A stretch of DNA of 64,000 nucleotides, taken from the IMG/VR virus record IMGVR_UViG_3300021400_000141, positions 128,001-192,000 of that record. One strand, written 5' to 3'. Position 1 is the first letter of the stretch; every line of letters starts with the position of its first letter. Of the stretch, positions 26,717 to 35,659 are shown piece after piece. Under the pieces are notes generated by a model, which saw nothing but the letters and a program-made list of their open reading frames with translations, was not told where the DNA came from and ran no database searches. This DNA is from a virus (taxonomy: Duplodnaviria > Heunggongvirae > Uroviricota > Caudoviricetes). The position numbers were made by a program, and so were the translations under genes.

Positions 26717-27424
26717 TTACGGGCTATATGATGTATAGCTATGTTGTTCGTCAAAAAGACCGCGTACAATATCAAACAGCCCTACTTTATTGTCCGTCAA
26801 TCTTTTTACAGGTATCAAATGCGATTTTTCTACATTGTTTACATATAAAATAATTTCTTTTATGGCCGGTAGTCTATAATTTCCGCCTGTATCAGTGCAT
26901 CCTATTCTAACATAACGCACTCCATTAGTTGCAGCAGTTATATTGTAATTTACTCCATTTAAAACACACGATGTTTTATTTAATTCAAAATTATATAAAC
27001 CTTTTTGTATTGGGTTCATATAAGGTAAATATGTAGAGCCGTTTATTCTAAATCGCATATTATTGGCACCAGAGTGACCAAGTAGCTCAATCCAAATAGC
27101 ATTATCAATGCCAGCTATACCGGCAAAGTTTCCGTTAGTATCGGGAACGTCAAATCTCTCATAAAAAGATAATTTATAAGTAACCTCGTCTACATCGTAC
27201 GTTTGGCCTAAATCTATGATATTGTAGTTTGCATTATTTGGAATTACGCTTTCAACATTTTCAAAAAAATCGGATATACCGCCGCCGGTCGGTATAAGCC
27301 CAATAAGTTCCGGGCAATCGGCCAAGGCGGAACCGTCGGGAACCGTCACGCCCTTGTCGCTTATGGCCTGCAATATATTGGACTTTACTCCCTGCAACCT
27401 TGTTATTTCACTTGCAATACTCAT
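26717..27424 (-). CDS. tail fibre-associated protein with constant N-terminus and AT-rich beta-rich C-terminal domain
   Basis: MSIASEITRLQ..KGVTVP...GGG N-terminus; C-terminal LIPVKRLTDNKVGLFDIV motif common in phage fibre domains. Confidence 0.6.
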   Translation of the reverse strand: MSIASEITRLQGVKSNILQAISDKGVTVPDGSALADCPELIGLIPTGGGISDFFENVESVIPNNANYNIIDLGQTYDVDEVTYKLSFYERFDVPDTNGNFAGIAGIDNAIWIELLGHSGANNMRFRINGSTYLPYMNPIQKGLYNFELNKTSCVLNGVNYNITAATNGVRYVRIGCTDTGGNYRLPAIKEIILYVNNVEKSHLIPVKRLTDNKVGLFDIVRGLFDEQHSYTSYSP

Positions 27425-27437
27425 TACACACCCCCAA

Positions 27438-27677
27438 TTACAAAGCTGCAAGCAACGTTTCAACGTCACCAATTACCGCAGTAATAGCGGCATTTGTAAC
27501 GGGATTATTACTACTTGCATTTAACTCATTGTCAATTTTTTGCAAATTTTCTAATTTCAATTTTGCATTTCCACCCTCGAATGCTACCAGCAAGTAGCCA
27601 ACTGAAAGCAGCTGTTCCATGGTCTTCTCATCAAGTTGCAATACGGTTTTACCTTCATTTTTAGTTGATTGAGACAT
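27438..27677 (-). CDS. small virion-associated protein
   Basis: IDNELNASSNNPVTNAAIT motif typical of fibre-associated proteins. Confidence 0.6.
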   Translation of the reverse strand: MSQSTKNEGKTVLQLDEKTMEQLLSVGYLLVAFEGGNAKLKLENLQKIDNELNASSNNPVTNAAITAVIGDVETLLAAL

Positions 27678-30600
27678 TATCCCTCCAAAAGAATCGGACT
27701 ATTCGATTCGAGTAAAATTGGTTGACCAGATTCCATTAACAAAAATTTTCTTCTCGGTAACACCTCGTTATCGTTAAACATGCCCAAAGTAGGCTCGCCA
27801 AGGGTTCCGCCAGTCCTTGCACTGTTGCTAGGAATGTCAGCACCTGGGTATGCGCTACGGGCTGGCCTGATATGAAGCTTGATGTTCCAGAAGTTCACCT
27901 CTGGGACTGAGCCTTCCTTCGGGTCGCCGTTAGCATTCATCGGCGTTGAAATGCTTTCGTACAAGTTCCTGAACTTGACTGAATTATTCACCTTTCCATC
28001 GTCATCATACGGGAAGCTCTCCAACAAGAACGGAACGCAACCTGGGTTCATCTCCATAGGAGGAACCTCCACATAGCGTTTATTCATGGCATCCGTATAG
28101 TCGCTTCCGACACCACATGGCATCTGCCATAGGGGTTGTTCTGGGCATGCGGCGATATATTTATTGACACTGAACTTCTTGTTTTCTACGCCTGCACTCA
28201 TAGGAACACGGTTGGCGTACTCACTAGGGTTTCCGTAGGAGTAAGACTTTTCCGTATAGTCAAGCGTCTTCGCACCGTATAGAGGGGTCAGGTAGCAGTT
28301 AGGATATTGTCTGTAATCCTTCACTATCCATCTTCCCAACGATGACGAGAACATAGCCTTGACATGCACCCTTGTGTACATTCCCTTGAATACATTCCGT
28401 ATGAATTCGGATGCAACGTTTTCCAACGGGGTTGTCAACGACAGAGGTGCATACTGCGGGTCCGTACCACTGTCGGAAATAAAGTTGTACGTCATGTTGA
28501 CATCTTCAGTATCCTGCCCAGATACGGTTGCCAGGTCACAGTATTTGTGCTGTTCATGGTTTCGCAAAGAACCATGCCTATTGTATTCGTCAACTTCATG
28601 CACCTGAAGCAAATCACCATAAGGGCCACTGGGAGAAGTGACGTTGATTGCCCTGTGAGCATCATACATATGCAACGGCATTCCATTGGAATACATCGTA
28701 AGCATGGATTTCATGTACTCAACGGCGGGATTTTCATCGATACCCTCGTCTGGGATATTGACTGAAATCAGTTCGTCAGCAAGAGCCTTATCCTTAATTA
28801 CTCTATCGTTATATATTACCACCTTATCGGGTATGGCAAGAAGGGCTCGTTTAACGTCTTCGTCCGTCATTTTCGCAACGTCTCGTAAAGCACCCCTGTT
28901 CACATCAGGAAATGCAACACCGTCAGTTGACATCACGTGTGACATCGGATAGAACGGTTCCATGTCACGGTTGTCAAATTCACTCGCCTCGTCAGTAAGC
29001 CAAGATATTGACCTAAGACCTCTCTTTATGATAGGGAGCTCAAGCAACCCGTGAACGAATGCTCCATATTGGTTGCGTATCCGTTCGTTAGAGTCCGTAA
29101 TGAACAATTTGAACACACTGTTTTCCGCAGTGTAGTTGAACGGAACGTCACCATCAGCCTCATCTGCGTAATTATCCACAGTCCTTTGCGTTGTTCCAGA
29201 GTCATCTTTGAAATCACTATACCGTCTGTTACCGACCATAAACGGTCCGAACCCATCCCATTCTACGAACGGGTCAACATTCCTATCATAGAATATCCTG
29301 AAGTTGTCGCCGTAAGTGTACTCGTTCCAACCAGCATAGGCCAGATTTCTTTCTAGGCTTGCGTCAACACCAAGGCAGTAGTTGGGCAAATGAATCATCT
29401 TCGTTTCCCAATCATTAAGACGGTGGAGGTTATCAGTTCCTGACGTGGTTGGAGCTGGAGTATCAGAACCGTCTCCCCACTTAGTCGTCTTCTTGTCGTC
29501 CAACGTCCTTGAAGAGGTATATCCGACACGGGCTACCTTAAAGTCGCCGATAAGGTCATGGAACGCCTTTGTTGCACGACGTACGACATAGATATCATCC
29601 TTGTGTTCGTCATCCACATCAGCATCAAGTGTTTGTGGGAGATATACCCTAAGGAGTGAACCGAGAACGGAGTTTCCTTCTGCCGTGCCGTTGTTAGATT
29701 CGCAATAACGCAATTCTGATATCGGATGATATCCACGGAACATGCCGCTGATACCAGAATATACCCGTTCATTCATCTCAAACACAAGTCGTGTCAGCGG
29801 CTTGTCATCACCGTTAACATAGTCTACGTTGGCATTGGTTGTCAATCCCAAGTGACGAACACGGTTTCTGCCGTTAAGTCTCCAAGGGAATGTGTTTGTT
29901 GATGTCGGATAGATAGTGGCAATGATAGAATCATTGTCAATCAGTTTTGGCTCAGTATAATACTCCTTCAAATCTTCCAAAGTCTTTTCGGTATCAAACG
30001 CTCCACTATCTTCCGTATGCTCAGTCAATCCATCTTTGTCATCGACTGCCCTTACATCTACCATGCAGGTGGCGTCCTTGGAATACATTAACCATCGTCT
30101 GCTGTGAACGTCATACGGGAACGCCTTGTCAGTAACCTCTATCGATGTAAAGAAACCATGTATTGCGTCGTCTGGGTCGCTTGACACTGGAGATGAAAAT
30201 CCGAAAGTTGTTGTCTCTTCTGTTGTGTTTTTTGAGACAATGAGCTTTTCGTCCTCGTGACCTTCAAGTACGTCAAACTCAAGGAGGTCACCAACCACAA
30301 TATCAGTCGGGTCTACGTCAATGTCATAGAGTGGAACATCACCCTCAACCAGAGTCATGTTGTGTCTATCACCTTCGTACTCTACTACATAATAGCCATC
30401 ATATGGCTTTTTCAACTCCCTACCAAAATCAACCACAACAGACATTTCCTTTAATTCGGTAACTTTACCTATAACAGGGGTCATTACATCATATTTCAAT
30501 AAGATGTAATCACCCACCTTCGCAACCTCGTCCACAGTGTCGAACATTACCTTTGAATGGTCTTGGTTGACAAACGCACCATCATTCAATTGGTGAGTGG

Positions 30601-32116
30601 TTGCATTTCCAGAGAAACGGAAAGTCTTTGAACATTCATATCGGTTATACAGACCAAATGCGATTGACCCATTCCCTATATTGTACGGATGCTTCGGCAC
30701 AATCGTGAACGAATCACCTGACGTTGTTATCCCGCTATTCAATACGGCGTTGTTTGGAAGCGGCGTCTGCTTTCCAGACAAGATATACACCATAGGCTGG
30801 GACACATAGTCCGTAAAGCTTTTGAGTGCTTTCTTGACATTCGTATCTGTCTGACCAACAGTGCCAGGTTGAGTGACGACAGGAAGCGCAACATTTAGTT
30901 CAACCTCGGTTCCATCAGCGAGGTCAACCCCAGCAGGAAGATGAATAAAGGTCTTTCTAGGAGGGGTCTGCACCATGTTTTCCAAATACTGTTGGATAAC
31001 AAAAGTGTGACGCTCGCCAGACTTCTCTACTTCGAGGGAAATATTGTTATTTCCGCCAGTCAACTCTTCAGATGGATAATCCTCGTATTCATTAGTGCCA
31101 GCAGTTGACATTAGCCAATCATTCAGGACACCTATGTTATACGGACCCTGCTCGTCGGTATCAGGCGTTCCAGAACAATCACCCAATCCACTTGTATCCA
31201 AAACGTGGCCAAAGCCATCTATGATAACAGTCTTTCCAGCAACAGAGTGCACGATTGCACCACGGCTCAGGAACCATTTTACCAGCAATCCGTGAGAATC
31301 AACTGGATATTCTGCACCACGGAACTTGCCGCATTCAATAGCAGGCCCAAGCCTGTCACGCAGATAATCGGCAACTTCTTCATCGCTAACCCTGTTTCGA
31401 TAATGGTCACGCACGTTGTCGTTTTCTGTTCCGTCAAATGTAACCTCCTTGTCTGGGTCACATGTTTCCTCGTTAGATGTCTTGTACATCCAGGTGTAAT
31501 GTAGAATTCCTGAGCTGTCGCTGTCATCAACGAAAAGCTTGTATATACCGTTGTTGTCGGCACTGCCCGTAAACTTGATGAATAGCGGATGTTCATCATC
31601 AGTCTCCGTCCTCTCTGGGCGGAACGTTACCGTACATTCAATTCCTTCCTCAGCCGAAGGACTAATTGGTTCTATCGGAATGTGGTTATCTTTATCCAAC
31701 GTAAAGTCTCGGTTAAGCGACTCGTATGTAGACTCTTCTACCTTAATGGATACATAGCATCCTGTGGTAAAATTAGCATGCTCGCTAGAAATGATATATC
31801 CAGTTTCATCCTCAATTAGCTGGGCGGTAACAATGAACGTATCGTGGTCGCTGTCCGTACGGGGAAAGTCGAAATTGTCTTTAAATTCAAGAAAATAAAA
31901 GTTCTCTGGCTCATCCTTAGTCAAATCAGGCTTGACCAGCATCTCCGCACTGAACTTGGTCGGAGGTACTGAACCAGGCACACCAGGCATATATCCGCTT
32001 CGGTTCACGAATGGAAAGCCTAAAGGACTCAGCGTGAAATTTCCGTGGGAATCCCCCCTAACAGGAACACGTTCATGAGTTACATAATCCTTTATTTTTA
32101 TACTTCTGCTTTCCAT
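27677..32116 (-). CDS. large virion structural protein (baseplate/fibre)
   Basis: About 1480 aa; late promoter about 23 nt upstream; C-terminal LLMESGQPILLES..ILLEG motif. Confidence 0.7.
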   Translation of the reverse strand: MESRSIKIKDYVTHERVPVRGDSHGNFTLSPLGFPFVNRSGYMPGVPGSVPPTKFSAEMLVKPDLTKDEPENFYFLEFKDNFDFPRTDSDHDTFIVTAQLIEDETGYIISSEHANFTTGCYVSIKVEESTYESLNRDFTLDKDNHIPIEPISPSAEEGIECTVTFRPERTETDDEHPLFIKFTGSADNNGIYKLFVDDSDSSGILHYTWMYKTSNEETCDPDKEVTFDGTENDNVRDHYRNRVSDEEVADYLRDRLGPAIECGKFRGAEYPVDSHGLLVKWFLSRGAIVHSVAGKTVIIDGFGHVLDTSGLGDCSGTPDTDEQGPYNIGVLNDWLMSTAGTNEYEDYPSEELTGGNNNISLEVEKSGERHTFVIQQYLENMVQTPPRKTFIHLPAGVDLADGTEVELNVALPVVTQPGTVGQTDTNVKKALKSFTDYVSQPMVYILSGKQTPLPNNAVLNSGITTSGDSFTIVPKHPYNIGNGSIAFGLYNRYECSKTFRFSGNATTHQLNDGAFVNQDHSKVMFDTVDEVAKVGDYILLKYDVMTPVIGKVTELKEMSVVVDFGRELKKPYDGYYVVEYEGDRHNMTLVEGDVPLYDIDVDPTDIVVGDLLEFDVLEGHEDEKLIVSKNTTEETTTFGFSSPVSSDPDDAIHGFFTSIEVTDKAFPYDVHSRRWLMYSKDATCMVDVRAVDDKDGLTEHTEDSGAFDTEKTLEDLKEYYTEPKLIDNDSIIATIYPTSTNTFPWRLNGRNRVRHLGLTTNANVDYVNGDDKPLTRLVFEMNERVYSGISGMFRGYHPISELRYCESNNGTAEGNSVLGSLLRVYLPQTLDADVDDEHKDDIYVVRRATKAFHDLIGDFKVARVGYTSSRTLDDKKTTKWGDGSDTPAPTTSGTDNLHRLNDWETKMIHLPNYCLGVDASLERNLAYAGWNEYTYGDNFRIFYDRNVDPFVEWDGFGPFMVGNRRYSDFKDDSGTTQRTVDNYADEADGDVPFNYTAENSVFKLFITDSNERIRNQYGAFVHGLLELPIIKRGLRSISWLTDEASEFDNRDMEPFYPMSHVMSTDGVAFPDVNRGALRDVAKMTDEDVKRALLAIPDKVVIYNDRVIKDKALADELISVNIPDEGIDENPAVEYMKSMLTMYSNGMPLHMYDAHRAINVTSPSGPYGDLLQVHEVDEYNRHGSLRNHEQHKYCDLATVSGQDTEDVNMTYNFISDSGTDPQYAPLSLTTPLENVASEFIRNVFKGMYTRVHVKAMFSSSLGRWIVKDYRQYPNCYLTPLYGAKTLDYTEKSYSYGNPSEYANRVPMSAGVENKKFSVNKYIAACPEQPLWQMPCGVGSDYTDAMNKRYVEVPPMEMNPGCVPFLLESFPYDDDGKVNNSVKFRNLYESISTPMNANGDPKEGSVPEVNFWNIKLHIRPARSAYPGADIPSNSARTGGTLGEPTLGMFNDNEVLPRRKFLLMESGQPILLESNSPILLEG

Positions 32117-32138
32117 CGGGTCTCCATTTTTGCAATTA

Positions 32139-32147
32139 TAGTTTATA
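32139..32147 (-). promoter_or_regulatory. late promoter TATAAACTA
   Basis: Exact motif; divergent pair. Confidence 0.75.
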
Positions 32148-32173
32148 ATCTGGCACAGAAAACCAACCAAGAA

Positions 32174-32182
32174 TATAAACTA
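32174..32182 (+). promoter_or_regulatory. late promoter TATAAACTA
   Basis: Exact motif; divergent pair. Confidence 0.75.
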
Positions 32183-32213
32183 TAATCAGAGGCAATTCCA
32201 TGAGGAAAGCACA

Positions 32214-32618
32214 ATGACCTTTATCAAGTTCATCAACACATTCGTCGAAGACGAGGATTTCAAGAAAACCATCAACTCACTCTACGACGTATGGAGGAAG
32301 GAAAATCCGACTTTCGAATCGACTATCACACCCCAGCAGCAAACGACAGTCTCTACGGCAAATACTCCAGAGCAGAACGCTGCCGCACAGAATGCTCAAA
32401 CATCAGTAAAATCCAGGCCCATCGAAGGAGACCTGGGAAACATGAACTCTAAGCAGTTCGCTGATGTTGCCGCAGCATTCGACGAAATCGAAAAGAAGAA
32501 GGCGGAAAACGAGAAGATAGCCGTGCAGGCACAAGAGGAAATCGATAAAGACCTCGATAAGCTCCAACAGAACATCAACGCCGTTGCCAACGGAAAGACC
32601 GACAACGTAGTAGGATAG
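32214..32618 (+). CDS. small late protein with leader ending TFES
   Basis: GAGG SD region; coiled-coil C-terminus. Confidence 0.75.
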   Translation: MTFIKFINTFVEDEDFKKTINSLYDVWRKENPTFESTITPQQQTTVSTANTPEQNAAAQNAQTSVKSRPIEGDLGNMNSKQFADVAAAFDEIEKKKAENEKIAVQAQEEIDKDLDKLQQNINAVANGKTDNVVG

Positions 32619-32622
32619 CAAA

Positions 32623-33210
32623 ATGGCATCAACATTCAGTCAGCAACTAAGATATCTCAAGAGGCATGAACCCGCCCTGTACGAGTCCATTTCAAAGGTA
32701 TACCGCAAATGCCTGATGGAATCCAACTTGGCCCCAGAAATGGCTCAAACAGACGCCGAAGCTGCCGAAACGCCTGCCGAAAAGACTGAAATCAAGCAAA
32801 CCAGAACAAAGGGTGTAGACGACCTTATGGACAAGGTGCATGCCATGGTTGGTGTCAACGAGAATAAGAAGGAAGGCGATGAAATCTTCGACGCGAAGAA
32901 GGATGACGTGGAAACAGTCCAACCTGACCCGCAACAGCAGGCCGACCTCTTCGGAATTGACAACGGGTCACAAGAGACAGCCCCAACCGAGGAGCTGTCT
33001 GATATGGACTTGGAAAACCTCTTCACCGACGAGGAGCAGACCGATACTGGAACGGAACAGCCTGCTGAAGAAGCTCCAACTACGGAAGAAGCACCGCAGA
33101 CCGAGGATGCACCAACTACGGAAGAACCCACAGCGGAACCAGCGACAGACCAATCTCAGGAAACTGGACAGGAAGACGTTGGTGATATCGACTTCGACAA
33201 TCTATTCTAA
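32623..33210 (+). CDS. acidic late protein with leader ending LMES
   Basis: Very acidic, low complexity, EEAPTT repeats. Confidence 0.75.
   Translation: MASTFSQQLRYLKRHEPALYESISKVYRKCLMESNLAPEMAQTDAEAAETPAEKTEIKQTRTKGVDDLMDKVHAMVGVNENKKEGDEIFDAKKDDVETVQPDPQQQADLFGIDNGSQETAPTEELSDMDLENLFTDEEQTDTGTEQPAEEAPTTEEAPQTEDAPTTEEPTAEPATDQSQETGQEDVGDIDFDNLF
33067..33129. repeat. 18-bp intragenic repeat (EEAPTT/EEAPQT/EDAPTT)
   Basis: GAAGAAGCTCCAACTACG-like units, 3.5 copies. Confidence 0.8.
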
Positions 33211-33215
33211 ATACG

Positions 33216-33240
33216 AAAAGGCGGCTTAAAGCCGCCTTTC
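33216..33240. terminator. bidirectional terminator
   Basis: AAAGGCGGCT-TAA-AGCCGCCTTT between convergent genes. Confidence 0.85.
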
Positions 33241-33259
33241 CTTTATCCCCCAAACTCAC

Positions 33260-33805
33260 CTATTCAGCCGCAGGCTCTTCTTCAAACTCATGGAGCCTGT
33301 TGGTAAGCCGTTCAATCTCACGGTTGTACTTGCAGGTCTTCCAGTATTCCCTGTCGGTTGGATATTCCTTTCTGGTGATTACCATGTTGTCGGTCAAGTC
33401 GCCAATCTTGACGATTGTGGCAATCTTGTTCTCCATGATTTTGCTGAGATACTCTTCACGACAAGATGTCTTGTTGTGGGAGAGATGGGTCACAGCCTGC
33501 CACACCGTCTCTGGGAAGAACATGCTTAAATCAGTCTGGCAGAAGCCACCGTTGTCCAAGATGTCGTGGAGATACCCTACGGTAATAACGTCGTCGCTAT
33601 AACCGTTTTCTTCAAGGAAATCTACAACTCTCTCAATATGGGATAGTAATGTTCCACCAGCCTTATCCTTCTGGTCCACATGTGCAAATTCGGCAAAATC
33701 GTGTGCTGTCGTCTTCTGGTTTCCAGTGCATTTATAGCATCGTAGAAACGTATTTATTTCTGAACGTGTATGCATCTTTCTCCATGGTGTTGATGCCAAC
33801 GTCAT
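33260..33805 (-). CDS. HD-domain protein, RelA/SpoT hydrolase (small alarmone hydrolase)-like
   Basis: AHVDQKDKAG...HIERV...LHDILD...VKIGDLTDN. Confidence 0.8.
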   Translation of the reverse strand: MTLASTPWRKMHTRSEINTFLRCYKCTGNQKTTAHDFAEFAHVDQKDKAGGTLLSHIERVVDFLEENGYSDDVITVGYLHDILDNGGFCQTDLSMFFPETVWQAVTHLSHNKTSCREEYLSKIMENKIATIVKIGDLTDNMVITRKEYPTDREYWKTCKYNREIERLTNRLHEFEEEPAAE

Positions 33806-33834
33806 TGTATGACATCTCGACCTTCATTCACTAC

Positions 33835-33848
33835 TAAATTACATTTTT
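33835..33848 (-). promoter_or_regulatory. AAAAATGTAATTTA motif (putative middle promoter)
   Basis: About 30 nt upstream of the HD gene. Confidence 0.6.
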
Positions 33849-33854
33849 TAAATG

Positions 33855-35648
33855 CTATTCTTGCACTGGCGTAAGCGATGTTTTTTCGAACGGGTCGGCA
33901 AACATCGGGAAACCAGCGGTTTCATAACCCTTGTATTCGTTACCAGGTCTCGAATCGTCCATGATACCCTTGTTAGTCGGGTCAACAAATCCGACAGGGC
34001 CGATGAACACATGGTCTGGCAACTGGTAGTAGTCAAACAGCTTCCACTGGCCGTCTTCCCCTTCCTCGCCCTTGGCATAGACAAAGGTAGCACGGTACAT
34101 CACTGGCCTGTTAGGAACACCGATGTTTTCGTCATAGACGTAGAAGTTGGTAAGCCTAGCCATGCTGAACTTAGCAATCGGGTTAAGCGTGCATGAGCCA
34201 GTCTTGGCCTCATCAGCATCTTCAACCGAGTAAACGTATATCTGAGCCTTGTTGATGATAAGGTCGTTGGTAGACTGTCCGTTGTACCCTGGATTAGGCC
34301 ATATCCTAAAGAAGAAGTCGAATGTGTATCCGTCCTCTGGCGTATTCTCTCCGTTACCGTTCTCTGACTTTCCGTGAACAGGAAGGTAGATGCACAATCC
34401 CTGGTCGAGGTCGGGGCCATCATAGTTGATGTAGTTGACGGTAGACACGTTCTCGTCGGAATGGTCAAACACCATGCTTGCACTGTAATCCTGTCTCCGT
34501 GTGATAGGAATGCTCGGGTCGTACGTGCAAACCCTTCCATCCATCCACACATCAGCGGTAGAATACGGGAACATCGTGTAGTTTGCCGTATCGAATATCT
34601 TGACACGGCGTGCATACGTGCTGTCGGCAACCTTGTACTTGGTGCTACCTTCAATTCCGATATTCACATTCGTTTCCGCATAGGAATCGTTTGCGTTCTG
34701 CAAGACAATTCCCCTAAAGTCATTGTCTGGCTTCATTCTGATTACAGATGAAGAACTGAATACGTTGCTTACAGGAAGAAGGACAATCTCCTTCCATAGC
34801 GGGTCCTCGCCAGAATACTCGGAATATCCATAGTCAGTTGAAAGGGTTCCCAAGTAATCGGCAGGGTCACTCAGGTTGGCATTGTCTTCGGCAAGGTTCA
34901 CGAACATGTGGTAGTTTTCTTCGCCGTCTTCCCCTATGTTACGTACAACGAGGTCTCCCTTGTTGTATGACTTGCCAGATTCCCACACCGAGCCTACATA
35001 CACAGCCTTTGACGTACCGAGGTCTGTGAGATATAGAGGCTCTCCGTTTCCAGATGTCACCGCATAGACAGAACCTTCGTTAACAATGAAATGATGCTTA
35101 GCCGCATTTTGAGAAGAACTATATTCGGATATCAACGCTGTTGAAGCTGCTGCGGTTTCTTCGTCTTTCGGCTTATCCACGATGAACAGGCTATATGAAC
35201 TTTCCGTGTCGCCTGCCTTGCGGTAAATTGCGTACTGAAGGGATTCCGCCTCCGTCTCATTATCAAAGACGAATGCATCGATGAACGCCCTCCAACTGGT
35301 TCCACCGTTATTAACCACGTTAATGCGGATTACAACATCGTCCTTTCCTTCCTCCGTCGCATCAGTGGCTGCAACCATGCCGTATTCACCGTCAAGGTCG
35401 AAAGCATTTGGTGCAACAGGAGTTACCAACGAAATGCTGGCAGTCTTCGACTGTGCTTTCTTGGTAGGAATAGTCCATGTATGGAAATACGGTGCACTAT
35501 TTTTAGTAAGGCGTACCGTAAGATAATCCTTTTCTGAATAGTTCCATTCCATCAAGGCATTGAAAATCGCTTCGTAATTGTAATTGTTTCTAGCGATGTC
35601 ACGACCGATAGATTCAATAGGAAATGCGTTTGAAAAACTCTGTGACAT
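33855..35648 (-). CDS. virion protein with CBM5/12-like carbohydrate-binding motif
   Basis: WESGKSYNKGDLVV motif; GGAG SD before MSQSFS; in a late operon. Confidence 0.65.
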   Translation of the reverse strand: MSQSFSNAFPIESIGRDIARNNYNYEAIFNALMEWNYSEKDYLTVRLTKNSAPYFHTWTIPTKKAQSKTASISLVTPVAPNAFDLDGEYGMVAATDATEEGKDDVVIRINVVNNGGTSWRAFIDAFVFDNETEAESLQYAIYRKAGDTESSYSLFIVDKPKDEETAAASTALISEYSSSQNAAKHHFIVNEGSVYAVTSGNGEPLYLTDLGTSKAVYVGSVWESGKSYNKGDLVVRNIGEDGEENYHMFVNLAEDNANLSDPADYLGTLSTDYGYSEYSGEDPLWKEIVLLPVSNVFSSSSVIRMKPDNDFRGIVLQNANDSYAETNVNIGIEGSTKYKVADSTYARRVKIFDTANYTMFPYSTADVWMDGRVCTYDPSIPITRRQDYSASMVFDHSDENVSTVNYINYDGPDLDQGLCIYLPVHGKSENGNGENTPEDGYTFDFFFRIWPNPGYNGQSTNDLIINKAQIYVYSVEDADEAKTGSCTLNPIAKFSMARLTNFYVYDENIGVPNRPVMYRATFVYAKGEEGEDGQWKLFDYYQLPDHVFIGPVGFVDPTNKGIMDDSRPGNEYKGYETAGFPMFADPFEKTSLTPVQE

Positions 35649-35659
35649 AAAAACTCCAA

